DNA of 64,000 nt from Eledone cirrhosa (GCA_964016885.1 OZ024742.1:202554001-202618000), one strand, 5' to 3'. Counted from the first letter of the stretch, positions 1 through 14,307 are shown. Program-made: numbers and translations. Notes: generated by a model not told the origin, from the sequence alone.

Positions 1-159
1 TCAAACAATTCCCTAGGTAATAAATGCATACATACATATATACATACAAGAAATACTTGATTTGACCAATACAAGCAGAATTTTATTTATCTTTTCGTAT
101 ATCAATATACATAAATGTTTCTACTTTTGGCACAAGGCCAGCAATTATCTCAGTGTATT

Positions 160-1119
160 TCTGTCTGTTTGTGTGTTTGTTTGTTTGTTTGCGGATTTGT
201 TTGTGAACTTAAAACTCAAAAAGTACCAAACTGATCTTGATGAAACTCGACACGCGTGACGTACTTTGAAGTCCCAAAAAATTTATAATTTCCAGTCTTC
301 ATCGATTTTTTATAAATCAATAGGATATTTGCATTCAAATGCTTTTATGAATGATATTTTCTGCCATCACTTTTAAAGTTCTCAACCGATTTCCTTAAAA
401 ATTGAAACACAGATAAATTATGTACAAAGGATGGCGTTATTATCCCAGACAACTCGTGGAAGGCAAAAAAGCCGCACAAACCTATTTTTCATTTGGTTTG
501 TTACTTCTGATATGAGCAACCAATTTGCTTTAAACTGTACAGGAGGATTATTTCTGTATCAATAAGGTGTTAAAAGTTTTCCCAGGGCACCTTAATAAAG
601 CGAAAACACCGCAAATATCTAATGTCGCAAATGCTTTCTTCAAACATCATAGATACACCACTTATGTGCAGTGATGGTTTTTCCAGCGGGACAGAGGGCT
701 GTACAACAATGGAATGGATAACAATTGAATTTGCTCTCCACGGGCCGAGTTTTACCCAGACAGGTGAGATTTATGGGCTCTAGTTGGGTAATGCGGGGGT
801 ATTTTCCAAATATGTATACCGGGCAGAACCCTTTGCGAATCGAAAAGAAATCTTCAACGAGCCACAGTTGACACGCGGGACGTAAGAATATTTAAAAATT
901 ACCTACTCAACCTAGGCTGGATCATCTTTGCTGCTAACATATATTTAACCGAATGCAACATCTGACAGGACGGATAGAAGGCCTCTGCGAGTCGCATTAA
1001 CAAGTTGGCCGTGGTGTGTACATCCCCGGTGATGACCGTGTTTTCCTATAACAAGTGTTATTTCTGCACAAACAATAATTGTATTACTTAAACCCTAGCA
1101 ACGCTGCGTACCTCAGTTA

Positions 1120-1120
<1 letters not shown>
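160..1120 (+). mobile_element. Non-autonomous Helitron-like element (degenerate)
   Basis: (GTTT/GTCT)n microsatellite near the 5' end. The 3' end CCCTAGCAACGCTGCGTACCTCAGTTAG|T resembles the hairpin+CTAG terminus at 2793-2820 and 25314-25341. Confidence 0.55.
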
Positions 1121-1197
<77 letters not shown>

Positions 1198-1484
1198 CTG
1201 TTTAAGTTTGTGTGTGTGTGTGTGTGTGCGTGCGTGTGTGTGTGTATTCAAATAATTTTGAAAACCAAACAATGCAATAGAAAGAAAATGAAATCGCCAA
1301 GATAATAAAAGAATATTACATTAGCAAATTTAATGATGTGGGGGGAATCATTATATTTGCTAAGGTAAGATTGTTTTGTTATCATGGCGATTTAATATTC
1401 TTCCTATTGCATTGTTTGGTTTTCAAAATTATTTAAATTTGTGTCTCCTATTCAACAATGATTCAAGTAAGCTACAAAACTCTG

Positions 1485-1586
<102 letters not shown>

Positions 1587-1619
1587 TTATAGGTATATAT
1601 ATATATATATATTTATAGG

Positions 1620-1650
<31 letters not shown>

Positions 1651-1668
1651 ATGTATGTATGTATGTAT

Positions 1669-2251
1669 CTTGGTGCTACTGGTAACATGTATCCCAGTAC
1701 AACCTGTCCCATGGTCGGGTCGTTGGCGACTAAACTGGCAACCCCACCAAGGTTTCTTGGTGAGGAGGGTGACTTTGGACATCATGCAGGACTAAAAACA
1801 AAACCTGTCAAAGGGCAAAGGAGTTCTTAAGAGTCAATGGCCATCCAAAATCACCGGGAGAGATGACCCCTTAGCCTTTGTCAAGGCAGAATTCTAGGAG
1901 AAGGAAAACTCTGATATAACACCTGCAACTCTGATGTTGACTTGTTCTTCTTTTTGGTAAATATCATCTTGGTTAAGAGAGTGGGACTGGCTTTGTGCAG
2001 TGCCTTTGCTCACTATAAAAGCTTCACGGCACAGGCATTGCTTTATATCTGGAGATCTCTCTGCACTTGTCATCACATGGTACCATGGGCCCAGCACTAT
2101 GTGTCAGTAATTGTCACAAGTTTAGTGTTTGTACCAGAGTTTTCAAGTCGCTGGCTGGACTAAAAGTCACACTCGTTCAGCGCATCGGTAGGGGTTCTCC
2201 TACATGGATATAAAGTAGTGGCCGTACTCGAAAACGAGTTGGCAGCCACCA
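1669..2251 (+). mobile_element. ~600-bp dispersed non-coding retroposon (possibly RTE-derived), copy 1
   Basis: Highly similar inverted copy at 7183-7803. It ends in a (GTAT)n tail and is inserted in a microsatellite. A related fragment lies at ~3405-3460. Confidence 0.6.
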
Positions 2252-2345
2252 TGTATGTGTGTATGTATGTATGTATGTATGTATGTATGAATGAATGAAT
2301 ATGTGTGTGTGTGTGCGTGTGGGTGTGGTGTGTGTGTGGGTGTGT

Positions 2346-2423
<78 letters not shown>

Positions 2424-2699
2424 TTATATATGTAATTGAATAAAGCGAGAGGAGGCCAGAAAGTTGAAATTCCTTTAAGATTTTATTCTGCAGGCACTAT
2501 ATAATTTCAAAGACAGTAAGATTGGAATCTTATTGGTGACTTCGTGAGGTGTATTGCATAAAAAGTTTCAGAGGAATTGTCAACACGGAGACAAAAATAA
2601 AGATAAAAACACTTGACTCGGAGGCAGCCTACCTCTGATCACTTAGATTTACCGCCCCTAGGGTGTGTGTCTATATATTTATGTATATATTATGTGGAC

Positions 2700-2819
2700 A
2701 TCCTCGACGATGACAGTGTTTTCCTATAAGACTTAATTCAACCGAGAGCTTCATCAAGTGTTATTTCTGCGCAAACAATTGTATTACTTAAACCCTAGCA
2801 ACGCCGAGTACCTTAGCTA

Positions 2820-2820
<1 letters not shown>
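2700..2820 (+). mobile_element. Helitron 3' terminal fragment
   Basis: Similar to 1030-1120. Ends CCCTAGCAACGCCGAGTACCTTAGCTAG followed by T. Confidence 0.6.
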
Positions 2821-2875
<55 letters not shown>

Positions 2876-3024
2876 TATATACACGGGTGTGTATGATTGT
2901 GTATAGAAGATTATATTAATAAAAGGAATTCCAACTTTGTCTGATTTACTCGTTTTATTTACAATCCTTTAAAATGTATAATGGTATTAGAATGAAATAG
3001 TATGGTAGAATATTAAGTATTAAT

Positions 3025-3063
3025 TGAACAAGTACTTTCATGCTTTCGCAATCTTCAGGTTCA
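3025..3063 (-). ncRNA. Minimal type I hammerhead ribozyme motif
   Basis: Minus strand reads TGAAC CTGAAGA TTGC-GAAA-GCAT GAAA GTAC TT GTTCA: 5-bp stem I, GNRA-capped stem II, palindromic stem III AGTACT, CUU site. Confidence 0.65.
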
Positions 3064-3583
3064 GATTCTGTGGTGACAGTCAAGTTTGCAATTTTCAACT
3101 ATGTATATATATAAAATTAAAATTAAAATACTTGACCCGGAGGCAGCCTACCTCTGATCCCTTAGATTTACCGCCCCTAGGGTGTGTGTCTATATATTTA
3201 TGTATATATTATGTCAAGTAGCTCTTTAAGCGAGAAAGGTGATTTTGGACACCCTGTGGGATGAAAAATAAAACCTATCAAATAGCGGAGAAACTCAGGA
3301 GAGTTAACAGCCATCCAAGAAAGTATTATTTTGTGTGTGTATAGCGAGAGACTCTTATATTCATTAAGATATCTCTGTAGGTCCTAGAGTGACCTTCTCC
3401 CAGAGTCTAGGAGAAGGTCACTGTGATATGAAACCTGCGACTTCATTTGCATCCAATGATGTAATGCCTTTCCTCAAGTAAAAAAGCTTCAACCACAGGT
3501 ATGGCCTATATGACATTATTGCGATACATGTAATTGCATGTCATAGGCAAGTTCCTAGCAGGACACAAACGTCCCTGATCCGA

Positions 3584-4570
3584 GTAAACTTCCTGGACGT
3601 TACCCTCGACCTCGATAAGGACCTGTACTACCCATACAGGAAACCTAACGACAACCTGCACTACATCCACCGCCGGTCAAACCATCCTAAGAACATCACC
3701 AATAACCTGGTTAAATACATCTCCCTCCGCATATCCCGTTTGTCAGCTAATGAGCAGATATTCGATGAACATGCGCCTTATTACAACCAGGCCCTCAAGC
3801 GGAGTGGTTTCCGGGAGGAAATATCCTACTGTCCAGCTCCCATTAGCGGAACCAGCAGGCGACACCGCCGCTCACGCAATGTAACATGGTTCAATCCTCC
3901 CCACAACGCCGGGGTGACAACTCCTATCGGGAAAATATTCTTTAGGCTCATTGAAAAACACTTCCCACTACAACACCGCTACCACAACATAATTAACAAA
4001 AATACCATCAAACTCTCTTACAGCACTACACCAAACTTTGCACAAAACATCGTCTCCTCTAGCAACAAAAAACTCAACCCCTATGGAAGAAATAACCTAA
4101 ATAGCAGTGGAGAGCCGACCAGGAGGTGCAACTGCCCTGATGGATCCATTTTCCCCCTCGACAACAGATGCAGAGATCGTAATGTGATCTACCAGTGCAA
4201 CGTGAGGACGGACACCTCCAACAAAGCTTATATAGGATTAACCGCATGTGACTTCAAGACCCGGCTATACCAACACAGACATACCTTCCGAAACCCGGCC
4301 CGGCGTCACGCCACTACACTTTCGGGCCACATATGGCACCTCAAGGATAACAACATTACCTATGATCTCACTTGGAGATTACTGTCCAGAGCCAACTCTT
4401 ACACGGGAGGACGCCGTCCGTGCAATTTATGCTCGGAGGAAACTTTACAAATGCTGTTTTCGACGGACCAACTCCTAAACAAGAAAGATGAACTGGTTAC
4501 TGCATGTAAACACAGATTGCGTAGGACTTACCTCGCCCTCAAACCCCATAATGACCCGGGGAGGGGGTAG
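3584..4570 (+). pseudogene. PLE RT-thumb + GIY-YIG endonuclease, 5'-truncated open frame
   Basis: In frame upstream of the tracked ORF: VNFLDVTLDL..YRKPND..SNHP. Then WFNPP, CNC..PLDNRC, NVIYQC..YIGLT..FKTRLYQH, CNLCSEE, LLNKKDE..CKH. Confidence 0.92.
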
Positions 4571-5665
4571 ACTAGGGCTATAACACCCCACTTACCGATT
4601 TTGTAATGGGTAACCCCTGCTTGCTAAGGGAGACGTAAGATCTTCTTTTATATCTTTTTATCGCTTCCTCTATATTTTTCCTTCTTCCCCCATCCCTCCC
4701 TAGTCCCCCCCCAGTTCTCTTTCTTCGTCGTCGTCTTTTTCTCGCCCACCCGAGGCAGCCCCTCGGTCCCTTGTAGCCTCAGTACCCCCACCCCCTTCCC
4801 CTATTCTATGATAGATTTGGCCGAATCCGCTTTTTATAGCAGATGTGTTAGACCCCGGATACTTGCCCTCTTATCCGACCGCTGCCTCTTTTCCGTGCCT
4901 TCTACATTTCTTAGTGGTATCTTTGCTTCAATTTCTCGTTTATCAGTATTTTTTTTTGGGGGGGGGGGGGATTCTGAATTAATATTTCCGTATCAAATTT
5001 TTACTTTTACTTCGTACGAGCTTTTATGTAGCTTGCACTAGAACTTTTGTATCGTGGCGGCACCCTTAGAGATAGTATTAATATTCTTTTTCGGGACTCT
5101 GAATTATTATTTCGTATTAGTTTACTTTTTTGCACTGGGTGGTTGCTGGCCTTGTGCCTGGGGTAGAAACTTTTATTATTTCGTGGTAGTTTCTTTAGTA
5201 TTTTGGCCCCTCACTTGTTGACCCGTCACCGTAAGATATACTCGGTTTATTACTTATACCTCTTAAAAGGGTCTCATTTTATTTCCGTCCCACCTAGTAT
5301 ATTTTTTTAGCCTAGCAATAGTGAGAGACTTAGGTCGTAGAAACCAGAAATTGTTTATTTTCTTTTTACATTTAATTGCTTTTTAACACTCTCAGTACTT
5401 TTCTATATATTTACCCCTTATTGTTCAACTTACTGTTTCGACTTCCTCCCCCTCCCCCTCCCTAGTATCTTCTTTGACCTCACGCCCAGCTGTAGCCAGC
5501 ACTATCAACGCATGAATGGGTCTCCTCCACCCCCTCTCCCTCTTTCTCCTACTGGCAGTTTTAGCTACGCCTTCCCTCCACAAATTGCCATCATAGAATT
5601 ATTATGTCTCAACTATAAACTTTTGACCAATCCTCGTGACAATCACTTTGACCATACATGGAATT

Positions 5666-5761
5666 ACCCCTTGAGAAGCTCGGCTATTCAAATACCAGGA
5701 TAAAAATGTTCATTTAGTCCAGAATTAGCCGTCGAAACGGCTTGAGCTCAGTCGTCGGGGT
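5666..5761 (+). ncRNA. Hammerhead ribozyme with U3-A8 core variant (PLE pLTR)
   Basis: ACCCC TTGAGAA [G..CGGCTATTC ... GAATTAGCCGTC] GAAA CGGCT-TGAGCTC-AGTCG TC GGGGT. Confidence 0.6.
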
Positions 5762-5852
5762 CCTACTCGTTCCTATTATCCACTCTACTACCCTAAGTAT
5801 TGAGTACTTTGGTGCGTTATGGTCCACCTGGTTCCTTACCACATTTCTTCCG

Positions 5853-5902
<50 letters not shown>

Positions 5903-5963
5903 AACTAAAATAAAGTAAACTAAAATAAATAAGTCAAATATTTAAAATTTGGCTTCGTTTATT

Positions 5964-6018
5964 ACTGCTATATATATTTCGGTGAGAGCCATCTTTGGCT
6001 GTAATCTCTTCAGGCAGT
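5964..6018 (-). ncRNA. Type I hammerhead motif with (TA)n stem III
   Basis: Minus strand: ACTGC CTGAAGA [..AGCCA-AAGA-TGGCT..] GAAA TATATATA GCAGT. Homologous copy at 48996-49050. Confidence 0.65.
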
Positions 6019-6130
6019 CCGAATTAGTGTGGTAGAGACGAGTACACATGTTGTTGAGGTGTTTAACTGTGTCAATACTATGATATGCCCAGTTCCTGGT
6101 TGGGTTGTTATTTCACTGAGGAACTGGAAT

Positions 6131-6193
<63 letters not shown>

Positions 6194-6359
6194 AGAGTGA
6201 ATGACCGAAGCTCGTTACTGCTATTTTGAGGATGTGAAAATTTCACAAGATCTTTTTTATTGGAGAAGGTAAGAAATTCTAAATATACTCTATAATGTAT
6301 ATTTTTACTTTACAATTTTACGGTCAATTGCATACTCAGAAACAGAAAAGGTCTTCATG

Positions 6360-6397
<38 letters not shown>

Positions 6398-6510
6398 TAG
6401 ATAGATAGATATGTAGGAGGTGAGTTTTATTGTAGTACAATAAAGCAATACAGATATCGGATAAGTAGCACTCTACAGTTTGTAGGGCTGGAGTATAAAT
6501 AATATAATAT

Positions 6511-6765
<255 letters not shown>

Positions 6766-7139
6766 TGTAATAAACAACATAAGGCAATTATTTCATTCAA
6801 TTTTGCTTTCAATGATCAGAATGAAAAAATCCTGGTGTATTTATTGACATTGGATTTTAAAAACAAAAATATAATCTATATGAAAGTGAGGCTGGAAAAG
6901 GAAGAAGGAAAGGAAAAATAAACACACATGCACACACACACACACACACATCCAATTACATACACACACATATACATACACATATATATACACATACATA
7001 CAGACACACACATATATATGTATATATATATATATATCTACATACACATACATATACACATACATACATACACACATATATATCAACATATCAATACATA
7101 CACATACACACAAATACACAAACACGGACACACACATGC

Positions 7140-7182
<43 letters not shown>

Positions 7183-7185
<3 letters not shown>

Positions 7186-7803
7186 TGGCTGCCAATTCGT
7201 TTTCGAGTACGGCCACTACTTTATATCCATGTAGGAGAACGCCTACTGATGCGCTGAACAAGTGTGACTTTTTAGTCCAGCCAGCGACTTGAAAACTCTG
7301 GTACAAACACTACACTTGTGACAATTATTGACACATAGTGCTGGGCCCATGGTACCTTGTGATGACAAGTGCAGAGAGATCTCCAGATATAAAGCAATGC
7401 CTGTGCTGTGAAGCTTTTATAGTGAGCAAAGGCACTGCACAAAGCCAGTCCCACTCTCTTAACCAAGATGATATTTACCAAAAAGAAGAACAAGTCAACA
7501 TCATTGGATACCATCAGGGTTGCAGGTGTTATATCAGAGTTTTCCTTCTCCTAGAATTCTGCCTTGACAAAGGCTAATGTGTCATCTCTCCCGGTGATTT
7601 TGGATGGCCATTGACTCTTAAGAGCTCCTTTGCCCTTTGACAGGTTTTGTTTTTAGTCCTGCAGGATGTCCAAAGTCACCCTCCTCACCAAGAAACCTTG
7701 GTGGGGTTGCCAGTTTAATCGCCAATGACCCGACCATGAGACAGTTTGTACTGGGATACATGTTACCAGTAGCTTGTTACCAGTAGCACCAACTGGTGAC
7801 CTT
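7183..7803 (-). mobile_element. ~600-bp retroposon, copy 2
   Basis: Reverse complement of 1669-2251. Absent from the mirror arm of the palindrome. Confidence 0.65.
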
Positions 7804-7808
7804 GTGTG

Positions 7809-7846
<38 letters not shown>

Positions 7847-8274
7847 CATACACACAATCATACATATATACACACGTACATACACACACATACATACACA
7901 CATATATACACGCATCCATACGCATGCACAAATATAGATATATGTACACACACCTACATACGCACACACACAAATAATTATAAGAAAATATATAATAATA
8001 AAAATACCGTCACATAAGAATAAAAATAAAAATTATTATAAAGTTGACAGCCATACAGGCAACAAATAAATGAACAAATACACGTGGTAAGCAATACACA
8101 CAATTGCACATACACATACATAACCAAAAATAAATACATACATATACATATACATATACACATACATACACATACACATATACATACACACACAAACGTA
8201 TATACATATATACATATATGTATATATGTATATACGTTTGTATATATGTATATACGTTTGTATATATGTATATA

Positions 8275-8983
8275 CGTTAACTACTTTTCCCATCTTGACG
8301 TTATGTTATAGAATGCCGTTAGCTTCTTGCTAAAACAATCTCTATACGTCTCATTTATATTTATACTCGGATTCTTTTCCTAGAGTGCTTAAACTATGTG
8401 TGACTAATCCCGGTTCTTTTTCATAAAAACTGTGATAATTATTGCTATTTTGCTTAACTCCTTGTAGAGTTTTTTTTCAGAATGTATTTGACTGCTATTT
8501 CTTGTAAATAAACATTCACTTCCATCCTGACGTCACTAGCCCCGTTTTTTCCTCATGTGCTTTTTCATAAATACACATGAAGGCGAACTAGCCAGTTTTA
8601 GAATTCCCTTTTTCGGACTATATTACTGTGAGAGCCCTGGTTTTCTGTTGAGCTCTGCTGATCAATGATATTCCAACCGTGACCATCTCCACTGAAAGTT
8701 TTCATGAAATAGTCTTTTAAGACTATACAGAGCATTTGATGTTATTCCAAATTGAAGGATAAGTGTTTCAAACTTTGTTTTATCATGAGTTAAAGGTCTA
8801 TAGATTTTTCCATGGATTTTACTAAATTCTGTGGATGAATTTGTATCCTGATTCTCTTTTGAGATGAGTTTGAGTTATTTTTCCTAAATCTTTCGTTAAC
8901 TACTTTTCCCATCTTGACGTTATAGTCGCATATATGTTATAGAATGCCGTTAGCTTCTTGCTAAAACAATCTCTATACGTCTC

Positions 8984-8990
<7 letters not shown>
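8275..8990 (+). mobile_element. Retrozyme-like unit (~619-bp period, terminally redundant) with HHR at 8652-8733
   Basis: Direct repeat 8275-8360 / 8894-8990. HHR reads GCTCTG CTGATCA..GAAA TAGTCT-TTTA-AGACTA TA CAGAGC, with the core mutated at G8. Homolog at 31335-31970. Confidence 0.65.
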
Positions 8991-9048
<58 letters not shown>

Positions 9049-9645
9049 TATACATAGATATACACAAACACATACATACAAATATATACACACACATATG
9101 TATATGTGTAAAACTCATTCTTAGATGTATTCATATGAACCTTGTTTAATTCTGAAATATATATATACATATATATATATACACATATACATATCCACAT
9201 ACACACACATATATATACACATAAACATATATATGAGAAAATACATAAACAGTATATATTTATAAAAAAATAAAAAGTTGGGAATACGACAAATAATAAA
9301 TAAATAAATAAATAATTAGAAAAGGGTATAAATGTATATAGCTGAATTAGAGCACTCAACAAGTTCCTGGAGCAAATGATCAATGAAAATAAGCATTAAA
9401 TTACTGTATGTAATTATGCATATACATACACACATACATATACATATATATATATAGAGACACACACACAACGATACAAATACACACACATATACATACA
9501 TATACGTACAAATATACACATATAGGAAAAAGTATGACCCCACGGCAGAGCTCAAGCCGTTTCTGAGGCTATTATATATATACACACAAAAACAATTATA
9601 TACAAATACACACACACAAATATACACACGCACACACACACACAT

Positions 9646-9681
<36 letters not shown>

Positions 9682-9724
9682 AATACAACAGAAGCATATA
9701 AAATACAATTATATACACACATAC

Positions 9725-9780
<56 letters not shown>

Positions 9781-9786
<6 letters not shown>

Positions 9787-9941
9787 ATTCAAAACTGCAC
9801 TATCCACAAGTGTTTTTTTAGCCTTCATATCATGTTCTCCTGTTTTATCTGATGAAAACACAAATATTATTGCATGATGATGTTTGTTTTTGAAATGCGC
9901 ATAATAAAATACATGGAACTCCTTTAACCATCTTTTGATCT

Positions 9942-9945
<4 letters not shown>
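9781..9945 (+). mobile_element. Solo pLTR-like unit with intact HHR (9843-9909)
   Basis: TTTTAT CTGATGA [stem II] GAAA TGCGCA TA ATAAAA. Flanked by (TA)n on both sides. Confidence 0.75.
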
Positions 9946-10011
<66 letters not shown>

Positions 10012-10017
10012 GCGCAA

Positions 10018-10093
<76 letters not shown>

Positions 10094-10776
10094 TAAATAT
10101 CTAAAAATAAAAAAGGTGGATATGTAAAGGGTAAGGTAGAAAGTAGGGGGGGGGGGATAAGGAACATAAATGACATAGGAAAAGGTTTAAATATAAGGGG
10201 AGATAAGGGAGAAAAAGAATATAAGAGTACAGAAAGTGAATTCAGAAGGTAAAAAAATCGTAGTGGATGTAAGGCGTAGAGAGCAGAGAAGAAGTTCAGG
10301 GTGGTTGAGTTATCGTAGGAATGTCAATCCAGTTACAGATCAGATGTGATTTCAGGTGAGGACAACATCTGAAGATATCGGTCTTGGAGTTCAGGCAAGC
10401 TGAAGTGGCTTAGGATTTTACAAAACTTGAAAGCCACTTCAGCTTGCCTGAACTCCAAGACCGAGATCTCCAGATGTTGTCCTCACCTGAAATCACATCT
10501 GATCTGTAACTGGATTGACATTCCTACGATAACTCAACCACCATGAACTTCTTCTCTGCTCTCTACGCCTTACATCCACTACGATTTTTTTTACCTTCTG
10601 AATTCACTTTCTGTACTCTTATATTCTTTTTCTCCATTATCTCCCCTTATATTTAAACCTTTTCTTATGTCATTTATTTTCCTTATTTTTCCCCCCTACT
10701 TTCTACCTTACCCTTTACATATCCACCTTTTTTATTTTTAGATATTTATTTCTGTGTGTGTGTGTGTGTGTTGCGC

Positions 10777-10870
<94 letters not shown>

Positions 10871-10978
10871 GATATATATATATATATGTATATGTATCTG
10901 TGTATGTATGTTTATATATATCTATGTATATGTATGTGTGTATATAATTGTATTTTATAAGCTTCTGTTGTATTTGTT

Positions 10979-11020
<42 letters not shown>

Positions 11021-11626
11021 GTGTGTGTGTGTGCGTGTGTATATTTGTGTGTGTGTATTTTTATATAATTGTTTTTGTGTGTTTATATATAATAGCCTCG
11101 AAAACGGCTTGAGCTCTGCCGTGTGGTCATACTTTTTCCTATATGTGTATATTTATACGTATATGTATGTATATGTGTGTGTATGTGTATGGTTGTGTGT
11201 GTGTAAATATATATGTATATATATGTATATGTATGTGTGTATGTATATGCATAATTACATACAGTGATTTAATGCTTATTTTCATTGATCATTTGCCCCA
11301 GTAACTTGTTGAGTGCTCTAAATCAGCTATACCCTTTTCTAATTATTTATTTATTTATTTATTATTTGTCATATTCCCAACTTTTTCATTTTTTTATATA
11401 TATATATTATTTATGTATTTTCTTATATATATATATGTGTGTGTATGTGTATGTATATATATATATATATGTGTGTATGTGTATATGTATATGTGGATAT
11501 ATATATATATGTATATATTTAAGAGTTAAACAAGGTTCATATGAATACATCTAAGAATGAGTTTTACACATATACATATGTGTGTGTATGTATGTGTATG
11601 TATGTGTTTGTGTATATGTATGTATA

Positions 11627-11686
<60 letters not shown>

Positions 11687-12408
11687 TAGATATATTATAT
11701 ATGTATATATATGTGTGTGTGTGTATGTATATGTGTATGTATGTGTATATATATATGTATATGTATGTGCAATTGTCTGTATTGCTTACCACGTGTGTTT
11801 GTTCATTTATTTGTTGCCTGTATCGCTGTTAACTTTATAATAATTTTTATATTTATTTTTATTCTTATGTGACGGTATTTTTATTATTATATTTTTTCTT
11901 ATAATTATTTGTGTGTGTGCGTATGTAGGTGTGAGTACATATATCTATATGTGTGCATGCGTATGTATGCGTGTATATATGTGTGTATGTATGTGTGTGT
12001 ATATACGTGTGTATATATGTATGATTGTGTGTATGTATGTATATATGTATATATATGTATATATATATATATATATACGATATTAACAAATGAAAACTAT
12101 ATTTATAAAACCATATTTATTTTATTATACATATTACAAGGACTCCAAGTGGTGTGCTTTCATTAGATAAAATATAATATAGATCAATTTTATAAATAAA
12201 TATTGACATACCCATATATATATATGCATGTGTGTGTGTACGTGTTTATGTATTTGTGTGTATGTGTATGTATGGATATGTTGATATATATGTGTGTATG
12301 TATGTATGTGTATATGTATGTGTATGTAGATATAGATATATACATATATATGTGTGTGTGTGTATGTATGTGTATATATATGTGTATGTATATATGTGTG
12401 TGTATGTA

Positions 12409-12468
<60 letters not shown>

Positions 12469-12589
12469 TCTGTGTGTGTGTGTGCATGTGTGTTTATTTT
12501 TCCTTTCCTTCTTCCTTTTGCAGCCTCACTTTCATATAAATTATATTTTTGTTTTTAAAATCCAATGTCAATAAATACACCAGGATTTT

Positions 12590-12648
12590 TTCATTCTAAT
12601 GATTGAAAGCAAAATTTGTTTGCTTTTAAGAAACCACTGGTAAATGAA
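12590..12648 (+). ncRNA. Hammerhead motif, core mutated
   Basis: TTCATT CTAATGA TTGAAAGCAAA-ATTTG-TTTGCTTTTAA GAAA CCACTGG TA AATGAA. The mirror copy near 6790-6830 has CTGATCA, so the consensus is CTGATGA. Confidence 0.7.
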
Positions 12649-12761
12649 ATAATTGCCTTATGTTGTTTATTACTATTAAGCTCTGTAACCTACATAGAAC
12701 ACTCTTTTTTCCTGGACCTTTTCGACGGAATTACTTCATTCATATATGTATATATATATAG

Positions 12762-12819
<58 letters not shown>

Positions 12820-12820
<1 letters not shown>

Positions 12821-13082
12821 GGAAAAATGTGAACAGGGACAAAACAGAGAGGCAGTACAACGAATGTTTATTAATTTCACGAAGGAAATGTGGTAAGGAA
12901 CCAGATGGACCATAACGCACCAAAGTACTCAATACTTAGAGTAGTAGAGTTGGTAATAGGAACAAGTAGGACCCCGACGGCTGAGCTGAAGCCGTTTCGA
13001 CGGCTAATTCTGGACTAAAATAGTCCAGAATTAGCTGTCGAAACGTCTTGAGCTCAGCCGTCGGGGTCCTACTTGTTCCTAT
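12820..13082. mobile_element. Fold-back fragment of the pLTR of the 3560-5853 PLE family
   Basis: ~12880-13017 is the reverse complement of ~5715-5853. It forms a palindrome at 12956-13082 with a 3-nt loop and has (TA)n on both sides. Confidence 0.8.
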
Positions 13083-13325
13083 ATATATATATATATATAT
13101 ATATACGTATATATATATACATATATATATATGTGTGTGTGTATATATATATATAAATTTCAAGTTTGACCTGTGTGTAATTCTTTTCTTGCGCGGTCTT
13201 GGCCAAGCTGGTATGGAATTTTTTCTCTCTCTCTCTTTCGTCTGCGACTTCACAAAACTTATGTTTACCGAATTCGTAGACCAGACCCCTTTATCTTCTT
13301 CTTCTTCTTGTTCTTCTTCTTCTTC

Positions 13326-13388
<63 letters not shown>

Positions 13389-14029
13389 TCCCCCCCTCCC
13401 CGTTAGACCTGTGCGAAATTCTTTCCTTGCTCACATTTCAACCAGGTTTGATGGTCTTTTGTCTCTTGTTCACGATTTCACCGAGTTTATATTCATAGAG
13501 ATCTGGGACTTGTCTATTTCTTCTCACTTTCCGTTGCTTAAACATTTTTGTTTGTTAACCTGGCGTCCCCTTTGTTTACGTGTCCCAACGACTTTTTTTA
13601 GCCGTTGTTCGCACCAACCTGAGGCATATGGCCCTTAAAGCGATGAAATGCCTGGGACGGTTGGAGGGTCACTGATGAAGGACTTACTATTTCATATGCA
13701 CCACCATTTGCAACGCGCAGCCATCATTATTATCATTATAAATATATATATATATATATATGTATATATATTTATATATATGAAAACCCTCTCTGTTTCT
13801 GTATGTGCAATTGAGCGTAAAATTGTAAATTATACAGTAAAAATATATATGGTTAAAAAAGCACGAATAAAAATATATGTATGTATATGTATATACATAT
13901 ATATATATTTGGATTTTGTAATTGGATTTTCCCCCGAAACTGGATATCAACCCTGAGTATACCTGAACTTCCACAAAGAAATCTTTCGTATTATTGAAAT
14001 TTTCTTTGCATCTTGCATTTATATATTCC

Positions 14030-14307
14030 ACCGTTCTCTACCACTTTTCCTCTACTACAATCTTTTTACTCCCCTCCTTCTTTTCACCCGTCTATTTTTC
14101 ACTCCTACCCTAGTACCTTCAATCTAAAGACATGTTTTCCAATTCCAACCCGCCCGTCACCTCAATCTATCTTATTTCACATTCTTTCTTCTTATGAAGG
14201 ACTAGCGTACGAAACCTTAAGACCCTCTTCCTGCTATATCAAGCGTTAACCTAATATATCCCTTCCATATACTGTACCGATTGTGTTCTTATTTCTGTTT
14301 ACCTTTT

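Larger units (their letters stand above)
3560..5853 (+). mobile_element. 5'-truncated Penelope-like element (Neptune-type)
   Basis: RT C-terminus/thumb, GIY-YIG endonuclease, 3' UTR, HHR-bearing pLTR, terminating in (TA)n. Confidence 0.9.
6768..12670. repeat. ~5.9-kb interrupted inverted duplication of a PLE 3' region
   Basis: Arms meet at ~10412/10431. The right arm encodes the PLE EN C-terminus (CLNSKTEISRCCPH), then ~2.1 kb of microsatellite-rich 3' UTR and an HHR at 12590-12648. The left arm has three extra insertions. Confidence 0.8.

Noticed and set aside
2611-3214. ~85-bp direct repeat (2611-2695, 3130-3214) as LTRs or a TSD
   Set aside because: Too long for a TSD and lacking LTR hallmarks. 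It is more likely two fragments of one dispersed repeat.
13670-13700. CTGATGAAGGAC hammerhead start
   Set aside because: No matching stem II, GAAA or stem I partner.
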